Below are positions 44,283 through 58,554 of a stretch of 64,000 nucleotides of DNA, one piece after another. A program made the position numbers and the translations under genes. How positions within the stretch are numbered: position 1 is the stretch's first letter; each line of letters opens with the position of its first letter. Below the pieces are notes generated by a model. It was not told the origin of the DNA and ran no database searches. It saw nothing but the letters and a program-made list of their open reading frames with translations. Source of the DNA: Eledone cirrhosa (lineage: Eukaryota); NCBI GenBank assembly GCA_964016885.1, contig OZ024748.1:46810001-46874000 (forward strand). The letters are read 5' to 3'.

Positions 44283-45290
44283 TTAATTGTAAGTTGTGAT
44301 GTTGCTGTTCCACTCATATTTTCTATTTAATTTTGGTTGTAATTCTTTTATGTTTATTGCCTCTGTAATTTGTCTAAACATTGCGTCTTTTCTGTGTGTA
44401 GATTCTATTTTTATTTCTATGTTCTCTAATTTACCCTTGTGTTCTATTTTAGCATGTTGGTAGAGTACAGATGATTCTTTATTATCGTGAAGGTCTCGCC
44501 AGTGTTCATTTATCCGTTCCCCTACACTACGAGCTGTCTCACCTATGTACACTATATTTTTCTCTCTACATTGTCCTTCAGTAAATCTTATGCTATACAC
44601 TACATTTCTAGTTTTACAGTTAATATGGGGGCTTATTTTACAGGTTATACGTTTCTTATCTATACATGAGGGTCTTTGAAAAGGGCATGTCTTGCTAATA
44701 AGTGTTTTTACGGAGGTACCCGGTCTTTCTACTATCTTAATATTGAGTTTATGTTTATTTAGGGCCCTTCTAAATTTGTAAGCTAATTCACCTCTAGGGG
44801 TTGTATCGATGAACATTACACTCTGGTATTTATTGCTATCATACCATGAGTTTATTCTATTAGCCTTGTTCCTAGTTCTTTCTATTCTATTCCAAAATTT
44901 GCTCCTATACAAGGGGCAGGTCCCATTTATGTCATTATTTACCATTTTTTCCCATTTGGTTCTGGCTCCTCTATACACTCTGATTTTATCTCTCTGATTG
45001 TAGCCAGAGAACTGCATACGGTGGATGAAGTGTTGTATGTGTCTCTCTAGTTCTTCGGGGTTTCACATGCGGGACACATTTCTCATCACCCGTACCAAAT
45101 CCGCAATCAGTATGTTGATTTTGGTATGGTCCGAAATGGCCGAGTTTCGGTGGATCAGATGTTTGGAAGTCATGGGTTTGGCATAATGGGAATGGAGGAT
45201 TTGTTTTTTGTTGTTAATGGTATCTAACCAGAGCTCTGTGTCTAGTACAGGTAATCGATGGTTAGGGTGTTTACTTGGGTAGTCTATAGT
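44283..45290 (-). pseudogene. C-terminal RT/GIY-YIG fragment of the tandem PLE copy
   Basis: IDYPSKHP..LPVLDTE..YIGETARSVGERINEH..LNRKYEW. Confidence 0.9.
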
Positions 45291-45296
45291 CCCACC

Positions 45297-45360
<64 letters not shown>

Positions 45361-45591
45361 GGTGGGAGTGGAGTATTATACAAATATTTCATCCTATTGA
45401 ATCTGCACCTCTTTTTTACCGTAGACAATACAAATGGCTTCGATAAAAAGATAAATTTGATTAAATTATTGATTCTATGTAGATCGATAAATCATCACGG
45501 GTATAGTGACATGTTTGTGGTATGTTTTAATGTAGCTTTTACTGACTCTGTGTGGACTGTAGATTCTTGGTTTTTAATTGCAACTGTTGTC

Positions 45592-45715
45592 GACTTTGGT
45601 ACAAGGCCAGTAAATACCCTGTGCATTACTGGTACTTTATTTTAAGGGGTCGATAAAATAAAGTACCAGTAATGCACTGGGTAATTACTGGCCTTGTGCC
45701 GAAAGTAGAAACAAA
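45592..45715. mobile_element. Inverted pair of SINE 3' ends
   Basis: Head-to-head copies of taaaataaagtaccagtaatgca..ggccttgt. Confidence 0.7.
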
Positions 45716-46389
45716 ATCATTATTGTTGTTCAGCCCACGGTCAAGAATGACCGTGATCACCAGTCCTAAATATTCTATTTGTTTATATCCATGTAGACTA
45801 GCTGGACACAGACATCGCCGTGTCGTTAAGATAGCATTTTCACAATCATAAATTCCCCGGAGTCTTTATACTAGCCTCAGATCCACCTATTCTTTGTGAG
45901 ATAATTTGTGTAGACGAAGGCTGTGTTTATGCCCGTCAGATGGATTATACGTGAAATTGAAATGTGTATCTCGGTTTCATGCTTATTCTCATGTTTATCC
46001 AGCTCTTGAAATACGTTAAGCATACACAATTCTGTAGAATACGCAGCAGCCTACACCATAATAATTGAAGGGGATTGGTTGTCCTTCAAGGTTTCACCAA
46101 TGTTGCGTTAACCAGTCTCATGTAATATCTCTAAACATACTGCTATGTTTCGTCAGTCTGAAAGCTATGTTAAATCTGAAAGTGGTTGTTTAAAGTTAAC
46201 ATGGGCACTAGGAAGTTTAGATGAATGATCATCGTCGAGATCGATGGAGGATCCATGACCACTATCATATTATAGGACATTTATTATTTAATGTTATCTG
46301 TAATAACATTAAATCGGTGCATTTTGAATAAAAGTAGACCGATGTACAGGCAGTTTCTTAGTATTCTCACAGTCTCTTATTCATAGATT

Positions 46390-46458
46390 TTAGTGTTTGA
46401 AATCTGCCCTGTCTAAAGACACTATAAAATTCGATTTAAGTTGGATACATGTGTAGAT

Positions 46459-46530
<72 letters not shown>

Positions 46531-46605
46531 AATTATCCATACATTTATCCAATTTAAATCGAATTTTATAGTATCTTTAGACATATAGCAGATTTCAAAC
46601 ACTCA
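46390..46605. repeat. Inverted repeat with ~80-bp arms around a (TA)n tract
   Basis: gtgtttgaaatctgc..ataatt / aattat..gcagatttcaaacac. Confidence 0.8.
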
Positions 46606-46639
46606 AAGCTATTTATCTATATATATATAAGTATATATT

Positions 46640-48356
46640 TTCAGTATATGTTGGTTGTATACCAACACCTCAGTATGCAGGCTGGAGCACTCGACGAAGT
46701 GCGCAGGTTCGTTTGGTTACTCCGGAGTAATGTAAAATAAAGTAAAATAAAAAGTAAAATGTTTAAAATTTACCTTCGTTTATTACTGCTATATATATTT
46801 CGGTGACAGCCATCTTTGGCTGTGACCTCTTCAGGCAGTCCGAATTAGTGTGGTATAGACAAGTACATATATTTTTGAGGTGTATAATTTTGTCAATACT
46901 CTGATATGCCCAGTTCCTGGTTGGGCTGTTATTTCACTGAGGAACTGGAATCATATGAATTCAACCAAACGAATTTCAGTGTCAAAGGGCCTCTTCTCCT
47001 CTCATTGGTCAGTTGTTAGGACATTCCTCATTCAAAAGTCTATAGAAGTTAGTTCTGAGGCAAGCCAATCTGTAGTTGTTGTTCTTGTTATTGTTAGGTA
47101 CATCTGACCTCAATTCTTGTGTTGGTAGTGTTGTTATTGTTGGAGTTAGCTTAAAAAATTGATAAAGTGGTAGAAGGAACAAGGTGGTAAAGGAACAAAA
47201 TAACAAAAAAATGTCAAACTTCCCATTGGTCAGTTTTGAGAGCATTCCTCAGTCAGAAGTCTATAGAAATTCTTTCTGGAGTGAGGCTCCCTGTAGTGTT
47301 TATGTTTGCCATTGTTAAGTACATTTAACCTCTACCATTATTTCGGTAGTGTTGTTGTTGCTGTGGTCAGCTTATGTCTTGCTGCTGCTGACAATTTAGA
47401 AGTAGCTGTGTGTGTTTTTTCTTCCTCACTCCTGCCACCATCTCCCGTGGTGATGGTGGGAGGGGGGGGGGGGTTCTTCCATGTATATGAAGAAATATAA
47501 GGCAATAAGTGAAGAAAACAGAAAATAAATAATAAAGAATAAATGAAAAATTGTTGAAAAAGTAATGAAAATGAATATGGAGAAGTAAAAAATAAAATGA
47601 AGATTTAAATAACGTATGATAAATTGTGTGTGTGCTATAACCAATCTCAAGGTCAGAAATATGTTGGATAGATTGGTATGAGGAAAAAAGATGTTAAAAT
47701 AAGATAATCAAACAAAATCTGTTTGTGTTATAATCAATCTCAGATTAAAAATAAATATAAGGTGATACAGTGAAGAGAACATGAAACAAATAACAAATTA
47801 ATAAAGAGAAATCAAGATTTCAAATTGTAAATTGAAAATCAGAAATCAAGTAAATTAAAATGTGTTTGTGTTATATAGATGTTGGCCAATTTATAATGGC
47901 TGTGTCCGATTCAATCTCTTGGCTATCATGGCGTCTGCTCAGCCTGGGTTGTTCCCTATGGCATGAGGGGTGTTCTCAACCTAGGGTGTTTTTACTGCAC
48001 ATATAGCTTGAGGGAGGTCTGGCCGAGAGGTGTCTACATGTTCTGGAGAAGTCCCTATGGCTTGAGGGGAGTTCACATCTTCTTGTGTTGCTACTGTCCA
48101 TATATCTTGAGGAAGGTCCCGGCTCTAAGGTGGCATGTCCCGAAGAAGTCGGTTCTGAGGTTTATCAGGCCGCTTCCACCTTTTAGTGTCTCGAGGGTCT
48201 CGTTCAGGCATAGTTTGCATATGCAAAATCCCCCTTCATCGAGTGGTACTTTCCTGATTATGTACCAGGCCAGAGAGTACGGGGTCCTGTCCAGCTTAAG
48301 CTTCCAGATCAGGTGGGAGAGAGCCGTGCTTTTTCCTTTTGGCCTTCTTATTGAAT
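46640..48356 (-). mobile_element. 3' fragment of a third PLE (endonuclease C-terminus, long 3' UTR, family H hammerhead)
   Basis: STALSHLIWKLK..W.II..CKLCLNE..LINLR..C resembles PLE GIY-YIG C-termini; hammerhead at 46785-46839. Confidence 0.7.
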
Positions 48357-48536
48357 GAATATATAAGTATATGAATATATGAATATATTTGTACACTAGT
48401 TTTTCAGGATTCATAGCCGTCATAAGTTACACCACTTTAGATAGAAACAATATCAACTTTTCCATTAAGATACTCATTCGGTATTATGTAAATTCGCAGA
48501 ATAAATATTCTAACTCACACATTCTCTCTCTCTCTC

Positions 48537-48630
<94 letters not shown>

Positions 48631-48943
48631 CATAGTATATTGCTCTGATTATTTAATTTATTAATTCATCATTGACCCACATGGTGAATGGTTGCCAAAA
48701 ACATATATATCTATGACTTTGTCTAGTTTGTGTATATGCAAATCTTTATATTTGGTAATCTCCCATAAGGTTGAGATGCAATTTAGGCAATATTAGGCTA
48801 CGCTTTCTAGCAACCAGCCCACCCGCTGTAAGGCCCCCAATCACATTCTTTCTAACTTGACCACCACCACATCACACTTCTTAGCCATTTTGAATTCGTT
48901 CTGGCGGGGATCATTTAAGAAAAATCTTCGTCCAAGTGAGTTT

Positions 48944-49025
48944 GTTTCCTGATGATTTCGAAGCTCGAGAATTTATCCTTGATCGGATAGTTCCAAAAGC
49001 GAATGAAACCTTATGGGGTAGAAAC
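48944..49025 (+). ncRNA. Type I hammerhead with long stem II
   Basis: gtttc-CTGATGA-tttcg..cgaat-GAAA-ccttatgggg-TA-gaaac. Confidence 0.8.
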
Positions 49026-49318
49026 GTAATCCTGGTATGTTTATATACATTTTTTCTTCTAACTTTAATTTTATCCCTAATTGTGTATGGTTGACGATAA
49101 ATTTAATCGATTTCCACGTGCTATTGAAATGCTGGGTAAATATTCTATAGCTGTTGATCGCGAATAGATGGCTGTCGTTTATTTATCTATTATTTCTTCA
49201 TAGGTGCCTTTTAATCTTATAGCCTGGTTTAATTGGTTTTTTGTGTGGTTGATTATGCTGATTGGGAGAGGAAATTGTGTATATATCTTATCAAATGATT
49301 CTATGGACATACTTTATA

Positions 49319-49402
<84 letters not shown>

Positions 49403-49498
49403 GTGGAACACTGGAAGGTACTATCCGTAGTGGTAGAGCACTCAGTCCAAGGGACGAGTTAGGTAGAAGTGGTTACACAACAGTTAGTTCACCATACC

Positions 49499-49536
49499 GA
49501 GAACAATTGTTTCACCTTCGCGGATCTTCAGCATCT
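49499..49536 (-). ncRNA. Minimal hammerhead in mini-element 49400-49536
   Basis: CTGAAGA-tccgcgaaggt-GAAA-caattg-TT; weak stem I. Confidence 0.55.
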
Positions 49537-49987
49537 ATATATATATAAAACCTTGAAACTGCAGGTCGTTTGAAATCTGATGAGCTTATTTTAATGTTTG
49601 TGATCTCTTCTCGTCCATTCTTTTCCTTCCTTCCTATCATTTCTTAGAGGCAACTCACTTTGGCCGCTGTTTTCTGTCCTTCGAGGTTTTACCCAACACC
49701 GCTTCGATGGCATTTTGCTGTTTTAACAGCTTCCTTACGCCGAGTTTTTCTATTTTCCAACGAAGTCTAATATACTCGCATTTCAAAACTCTATATTCGC
49801 GTTAATTTTGTTTATATATATATATATATATATTTCCTTAAAATATATTCCTTGCTTATTATGCTAAATTGTTAACACACTATATATTATAATTTGTATA
49901 AATGGAACTCTGTAAAATATAGATTTTAGCTTGAGCTATATATGCTGCAATATGATTAAAGTAATTTTATTCTGACCTATATTTATG

Positions 49988-50103
<116 letters not shown>

Positions 50104-50604
50104 CTTTGTGTATATATGTGTTTGTGTTTGCACGCGTCATTGCTTCGTATGAGATTTATATTGTAAAAAGGCTTGATAAGCAAAGTAATGCCACATTATA
50201 ATAGCTTAAATTTATTCCACTGACCAGATACTTAAATAATTTAAAAATTAGATTTATGTTTTGGCAAGTAGTAAGGCACAAAGGACAGAGATGGAGATTA
50301 AGTTAAAAGCAAATTATTAATGGTGGAAACTGAAATGGTAAATTACTTAAAGTACGAGCAAGATTTTAACAAAATTGGTTCCATTTTGATCAAATGGGTT
50401 GCAGTGCAACTCCTCTAGGCATAATGTACATAAATTCTGAATGGTAACGTCGACTCAACAATAGTTGAATTAGTGAGTCAATTTTAATTCATTAATAATT
50501 ACATCCAATGAGAGATATAGAGATAGAGTGTGTACACGTGTGAGTGGGAAAATATATTATGAGCATAACAGTTCTTGTCAAAAAAGACAAGGGGCATATT
50601 TCCG

Positions 50605-50687
<83 letters not shown>

Positions 50688-50751
50688 TGCGTGCGTGTGC
50701 GTGTGTGTCTGTGTGTGTGTAAATATGTTTATCGTTAGGATATATATATAT

Positions 50752-50846
50752 CTAGGGCGGGTTAAATTCCCGATATCCATGGACGAGTCCTCTCCAGCTG
50801 TCTCTGTGCCTCATTATCGCTGCCATGACCTGCGTCTCCAACAGAC
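50752..50846 (-). mobile_element. RTE LINE 3' end fragment
   Basis: Reverse complement of ~56312-56408. Confidence 0.7.
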
Positions 50847-50989
50847 TATTGAAAAGAAATATGGAGAAATATATATATATATATATATGTTAAAATAACA
50901 GATTAAAATTTAAGCAAATAATCCCTGCTTTCACCCTTAACGGGATCTTCTGAAACTCATATATATATGCCACACACACACACACATTA

Positions 50990-51028
<39 letters not shown>

Positions 51029-51941
51029 TGTTCGAGGAACTCTCGCTAGAAGGAAGCAGATGTCCGACTCCGAATGTACAAAGCAAGATCAGTCAGGTAC
51101 ACCAGGTTATTTAACAACTCCCTGGGTCTGTTACCTTATCATCCGAAAGGATGAAATGCAAGGCAAGGCACATTTGGTCTCATCGGGACTTGATCTCAGA
51201 ACATAGAGAGCCAAAACAAGTATGCAGGCCTCTATACTCTGTCAATTCCCCTACCTCATTGGCTGAGACGAGCAGTAAAAATGTAAAAGAGTAATATTTA
51301 TCATGGTGACGTTTATGGTCAAATGGTGAAGAATGGTTTCCCATCATTCAGGTCAAAGTTAATAACTCACATTTGACCATGATTACCGTGAATTAAAATG
51401 GCGTCTCTTTTCAAACTGGTTTCTCCATGACTTGATTTGTCTAGCCGAGAATGTAGACTGAATACTGACGTCTAAACTTGTCAAATCCGTGAGAGATATA
51501 TTGTGCTGCTTTTGATATTTATTGAGAGGTAGAGAGAAAAAAGAGAGGAGAAAGTGTCTGGAAAAGGTAGTGGGGGGAAAGAAGGGGGTGTTGCCTTGCG
51601 ATCATTTATCGTCTCAACAAGACATTTATGAGAATTGGTTGAGACCGAGTTTTTTAAAAGAGCATTATACACATTCACGTATTGATATATCCAATAGACA
51701 TATATATATATACACACACATACACTCAGACACATATACATAAGCATGCATTCAGAATGCGCTATATAAAGAATATAGTTTCCGAATATAATGTGATATA
51801 CAAATAGTAAAATAGACATACACACGCAACGCAACATAACCCCCACCCACACACGCGCGCGCGTGCATATATTAAAGAATCGATTTCTGCAAAGAAGATG
51901 GTCACAGTGACTTCCTAATTTTGGCTGTGATCGGTATCCTC

Positions 51942-52012
<71 letters not shown>

Positions 52013-52017
<5 letters not shown>

Positions 52018-52636
52018 TGAATATATGAGAGGGATGAACTCCGATACAAGTATACATGTGTTCGAATTGTAAATGACCAAGTTAGCTAGGTTGAAAAATA
52101 CTAATTTAAAATAATATGGTTTGCCTGTCTCGATTTAAAGTAATAAGTCAATAAAAATAGCCAACCTATATTGAGCAATCGCCGTTTGATACCCGCGTAG
52201 ATCCTAAATCTGTTTCGCAACAATTAGTAAGTGAAAGTCACATTCAACGTGCTCTTCTGCAGGTATCCAGGAAATTCGATTTTGAAGTGAAAGGTACGAA
52301 TTTCCTGGATACCCGCAGAAGAGCACAGGGATAGTGACTTTCACTTACTAATTGTTGCGAAACAGATTAAGGATCTACGCGGGTATCAAACGGCGATTAC
52401 CCAATATAGGTTTGTTATTTTTATTGATTTATTACTTTAAATCGAGACAGGCAAACCATATTATTTTAAATTAGTATTTTTCAACCTAGCTAACTTGGTC
52501 ATTTGCAATTGGAACACATGTATACTTGTATCGGTGTTCATCCCTCTCATATATTCATTTGTATTACACGGCTCGGAAGGATTCCCTTCTTTGAACTATT
52601 TAATTGCAAAAGACTATTTCTGATTTATAACTCAAT
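52013..52636. mobile_element. Palindromic element I with variant hammerhead cores
   Basis: ~265-bp arms 52013-52278 and 52297-52563; + motif 52308-52387. Confidence 0.85.
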
Positions 52637-52677
52637 ATATGATGTATATATATATGAATATATATACATATATATAT

Positions 52678-53095
52678 ATTGAATAAACAAGAGAGATGAA
52701 CACTAATATAAACATACATGTATTCGAATCGTAAGGTCCAAATTTACTAGGGTGAAAAAATAATAACTACACCAATATGGTTTGTTATCCTTAAGTTTAA
52801 AAATTAAATAAAGAAAAATAAAGAAAAAAACAGACCTATATTGGGCAAAACGCCTGGTAACAACTAGACAGTATTGGAGACTGTTTCGCAACATCTTATT
52901 AAGTGAAGTTCTCACGTTTCTCTGTTCCTCAGTAGTTGTTGAGAAATTAGTGATCCTTTGACTTCTAAAAACGATTCGAACACATGTATGCTTATATTAG
53001 TGTTCATCTCTCTCTTGTTTATTCAATTTTATTGTACGGCTCTAAAAACCTTTTGTCTTAGAGCTATTTAATTGTAAGAGACTACTCTTAGTTTT

Positions 53096-53100
<5 letters not shown>
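52678..53100. mobile_element. Element J (relative of I) with hammerhead
   Basis: - strand aacaacta-CTGAGGA..GAAA-cagt/actg-TC-tagttgtt at 52859-52940; short inverted arm 52973-53027. Confidence 0.8.
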
Positions 53101-53175
<75 letters not shown>

Positions 53176-54816
53176 CTATATATGTGTGTAAATAAGGGAA
53201 GTGAGAACAAGCACCATACTGAGATTCTAAATATATGTACAACCTACCTATTGTACATACTCACTTCAGCGTGCGTTTAAAAGTTTTAACGATCTCAAAG
53301 TGACTTTCATGCAAGTCTGTAAAATGGCAGGATGAATTATGAATGGAATCAATAAACCAGAAGTAAATGAAGATCAATAAGATATTAATTGATAAAATAG
53401 AAACCAGAGTCATTTTTTTTTTTTTTTGGAACATTCCCAACTTTCAGTAGAAAATTAAAATAATCTCATTTGGAAATTTCCATCGAATTCTTTTTTTATT
53501 TGCTAATTTCGTAAATCTATTGTGATGGGTAAAGCTAAATTAATCAATTGTGATTCTGCTCCTGAAATAAAACTATATATTCTATTCATAAAAAATGATC
53601 TTGTATTTAACTGTCCTGTGATGTTGCTGCGGTTGTTTAAGTCTAAGTCGTGACTAACAGAGCTGACAATATGATGAAAGTCTTTTAAGTGCTGACCATC
53701 AATAATTGCATAGAATATATCTAAGACTATACTCTATATTATATATTTATTATATTTTGATATCATTGCCCGCTGACGAGATACTGCATAGCTATATGGG
53801 CCGCTGACGAGAAGCTGCATAGTTATATGGGCCGTTGACGAGATACTGCATAAGAATGTGGCTTGCACACCTCAAAAGTTTGCCGAACCCAGCTATATAA
53901 TGTATCGTTTCCTCATATAGGATATTTGAAGAGAAATTTGTTACTATTATAATTGACAACTTAGAGGTCCCTTCCAATCACATTCCAATCACATATTGTT
54001 CTGTACTGGGTCAGATCTGGTTGTTAAAAAATTCTGATCGAAATCATTCCAGCCGTTTTCATATTGTCTTCTTATAGAATTTTACTAAAACGTTATATTG
54101 CACTGGCTGCTCTTTTATTTAGGACGCTAGAGTATGATTTTAGCGGATCTGGCTGCTATTTCTAACCTAAAACCGACCACATAGAAGCTCTATTGTTGAG
54201 AAGAATCTAGGCGCTGCAAGTGAGATACAGAATTCGTAATTACAAAGCCTATTTCTTCACCATGAAACCAAGATGGCTTCATAAAAAAAATTGCATAATC
54301 TTCCCTCTTTAAAAAGTGTTTATTAGATAATGTTAAACGAGGACACGCCACTCTAGGAAACCATGATGGATTGGTGATCATGGATAGAATACAATTCATC
54401 ATAGTTCTTATCGATTACGGCCTAACATGGGGTAAAGAAGAACAACAAAACAGCCACCAGCATCAACATAAACAACAACAACAGTAATAACTACGGCAAC
54501 AACAACGACAACGACAACAACAGTGAATATTTATACGATATTTTGAAGGATTCACCTTACACAGAACTGCAATTGAGAGATTAGTAGGTAGTTAGGAGAT
54601 GAAAGGTGTCACCATTCCAATCGACTTAACAATTTCAGAGATACATTCTGACATTTAGCTGTAGATTGACTTCACTAATTCCACTTTATTATCAAGTGGT
54701 CCCTTTTTCTCGGTACTTCAAAGGGACATAACTACATTCATATTATATATACACACATACATACATATATATACGCACATACATACATTTATATACATAC
54801 ATATATGTAAATATAT

Positions 54817-54926
<110 letters not shown>

Positions 54927-55290
54927 ATATACACACACATACATATATATACGCACATACATACATACATTTATATACATACATATATGTAAATATATAC
55001 ACACATATATATATATATATATACACACACATTGAGAGATACATGCATTTATACAAAGTCTCTCTCACCCAGACACACGCATATCTATATAAATACACAC
55101 ACGCACAAACACATTGTATATATATATATATATATAAGGGATTATTAATCACCGGTTTCGGAGCAGTTCATTATTAGATATTGCAAAATACCAAGCATAT
55201 AATTCATATACATACACGCGCAGACATATGTGAAGATGTATCTATACAACTGTAGATATACTTGTAAAAATGAGATATATTATATGAATA

Positions 55291-55480
55291 GGGCAGTGGA
55301 TTGGCAGTATCGGTAGAGGGTCGGACGCCATGCTTTCCAGCATAGTTATGTCCCTTTACGATCTGAGTTCAAATCCCGCCGAGGTTGACTTTGCCTTTCA
55401 TCCTTACGGGGTCGATAAAATAAAGTACCAGTAATGCACTGGGTAATTGCTGGCCTTGTGCCTAAAGTAGAAACAATTAT
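55291..55480 (+). mobile_element. Full-length tRNA-derived SINE
   Basis: Near-identical to the reverse complement of 9637-9822. Confidence 0.85.
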
Positions 55481-56026
55481 ATATAATCAACAGCTGCAGC
55501 CCTCAGTTGAATTATGTATGACAATATTATGTAGCGTGATTTCTCTTAGGCTGTCTTTCCATTGCACATACAGACAACACCCTCCTTACTTTGATCTTGC
55601 GGAACATCCAGAAGGTGACAGTTTGACAGAGTGAGGGCAGCTTTAGTAACAATATGTTCACCTCGCATGGATTTGAAATCAGGGAGCACAGTGTATATAG
55701 CAATATATTCTATCCGACGTTCCTAACGGCACCGACAATTCATCGATATCACTCTATATAGGGTAAAGACCTCCTCCTATCATGAATGACAATGGGACTT
55801 GAATTTGAAAATTTACCATCCGAGGCATTTACCCTCCGAGTCTGTTTGTGGAGGCCAAGCAGGCGCCGCAACATATAAGACACCACATGAATGTTTTCTA
55901 TGCAATGTCCAGCTAACTAAACTGGAGCAGCGTGTCTTGCACAAGGACACAACACATCACTCGGTCGGAGAATTGAACTAAAAACCTCGAAATTGCACAT
56001 CAACGCTCTAACAATTAAGCCATGTG

Positions 56027-56067
<41 letters not shown>

Positions 56068-56068
<1 letters not shown>

Positions 56069-56412
56069 GAGAATGCTGAGGATGGCTCTGAACATTAATC
56101 AGTATACACTGAGGATGAAAAACTCAGAGCTGTATGGGAGCATCCCAAATGTCAGCTCAAAGGTGACACAGAGGAGACTGAGGTTAGCTGGACAGGCTCA
56201 CCGACATCCAGAGTTGACATTGCACTCAGTGCTCCTTTGGGAGCCCCTACATGGACACACTAGAAGAGGAAGACCAAGGTTAACGTATGTTGATGCCCTA
56301 AGGACAGACACTGGTCTGTTGGAGACGCAGGACATGGCAGCGATAATGAGGGAAAGAGACCGCTGGAGAGAACTCGTCCATGGATCTCGGGAATTTTACC
56401 CGCCTTAGAATA
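56068..56412 (+). pseudogene. RTE-clade LINE RT C-terminal fragment
   Basis: RRLRLAG..R..LLWEP.HG..RRGRP..TY.D.L..D..DRWR motif. Confidence 0.85.
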
Positions 56413-56802
56413 GAATATATATATATAAGTATGTATACGTACATACATATATGTATAGAGACGTACAGTAGTATGTATATATATATATATAGATACATGC
56501 CCACATATATATATGTACGTATGGATTTACCGAACATTTATTATAATTTTCGGTGTGTTTGTAAACAAACATCCCGGATTAAGCCGTACAGTGTTTAGCA
56601 ACCATCGTTGCCCTTTTGTTCAACACTGACAAAGGAACGATGTAGTAGTTTTAAGCTTATTAGCTATCGTCAACAAAGTATACCTTCCTTCCAGATGATT
56701 GAACGTCTGAAAGTATATACTTTGCTTATGCATATTAACGGCTGAGCAGCCTAATTTGCATATCGAGTGAGTTAATCGGCCGGGCGCACCGAAAACGATA
56801 AA

Positions 56803-57043
56803 CGGAAAAAATGAAACTAAAGTTCATTTCTCAATCTTAGTACGGCTGTTACTTAAATATAAGTATGTATACGTACATACATATATGTATACAGACGTAC
56901 AATAGTATGTATATATATATACATACATGCACATATATATATATATGTACATCTGTATACATATATGTATGTACGTATACATACTTATATTTAAGTAACA
57001 GCCGTACTAAGAGTGAGAAATGAAATTTCGTTTCATTTTTTCC
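56803..57043. repeat. Palindrome with ~95-bp arms
   Basis: ggaaaaaatgaaac..gtacggctgttacttaaatataagtatg.. and its inverted copy. Confidence 0.75.
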
Positions 57044-57089
57044 CTTTATATATATATATATATATATATTTTATATATATATATATATA

Positions 57090-57363
57090 AAATAAAAATG
57101 GCGTAGACATACAATACAATAGGAGGGAACATAATAATAGTACCACTGATGTTGCAGATGTGCAACGAAAGAAGTTTGATACAATATATATATATATATT
57201 TATATCTGTATTTTTAACCATTGGTCAATGATAAACGTTGATTGCCGAATAAATTAACTATGGAGATATAAAAGATACAGAAACGAAAACCAACCAAACA
57301 GTGAGTGTGCTTTGTTATTATTTCTGGCAATATTATTACAACAATATGATTCTCCCCAAGTAT

Positions 57364-57401
<38 letters not shown>

Positions 57402-57660
57402 ATACTATGAAAAAACAAGATGGCGTAGGACAGAACAAAGGAGAGGCACAAAAAGAAAGAAAAGACTCCCAATCACAAGAGGTCACAGAATGTGTGACGA
57501 AAGAACTTTGACAATATATGAACAACCGGCCGGTTGTGGAACCAACCAACCAACCGGAAATTTATAAATTCTTAAATTTAATTTCATAATAAATTGGAGT
57601 GAAGGGAACTGGTGCATGTGTTCCTTATTGGCAACATGACTCTCCCAAAGTATAATAATA
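57090..57660 (+). mobile_element. Two adjacent PLE 3' termini (family 2-like, then family 1-like)
   Basis: Both end in atga.tct.cc.aagtataa.aat-(AT)n; hammerhead cores partly deleted. Confidence 0.8.
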
Positions 57661-57740
57661 TATATATACATATATATACATATATATATATATATAATGT
57701 AGAAAGGCTTCTACAGGACTGGAACTGTTTCATTCCGGAG

Positions 57741-57776
<36 letters not shown>

Positions 57777-57877
57777 ATGTGTCTGCTTTTGTATGTATAT
57801 CCATACATATATAAATGTGGGTGTATGTGTGTGTTTGTATATATACACACACATATGTATCCACACACACATACCAT

Positions 57878-57914
<37 letters not shown>

Positions 57915-58060
57915 GGTGCATAGACCATGATGTAACATGTTTTATCATGGTAATGTAAAGTAACAATCTGATTTGACATGTCAAAAGTTCACAACATTTA
58001 AATGAAAAATCATCACTTATATATTGCTTCAAATTACGATGTTTTAGTCATATCATGGAT

Positions 58061-58091
<31 letters not shown>

Positions 58092-58437
58092 AAGTATATA
58101 CATATATATATACACACGTATATAAATATATATACAAGCATATACATATATATATATTCACATGTACATATATATATACGCATATACATATATATATATA
58201 CACATAAACATATATATATACGCATATACATATACAAGTATATACATATATATATACAAGTATATACATATATATATACAAGTATATACATATATATATA
58301 TATACAAGTATATACATATATATATATATACAAGTATATACATATATATATATACAAGTATATACATATATATACAAGTATATACATATATATACAAGTA
58401 TATACATATATATACAAGTATATACATATATATACAA

Positions 58438-58480
<43 letters not shown>

Positions 58481-58521
58481 AGTATATACATATATACACA
58501 AGTATATACATATATATACAA

Positions 58522-58554
<33 letters not shown>

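Noticed and set aside
49578-49600. CTGATGA heptamer
   Set aside because: No downstream GAAA or pairing stems
56688-56725. Hammerhead-like CAGATGA..GAAA-gtatatac-TT
   Set aside because: No stem I and weak stem II
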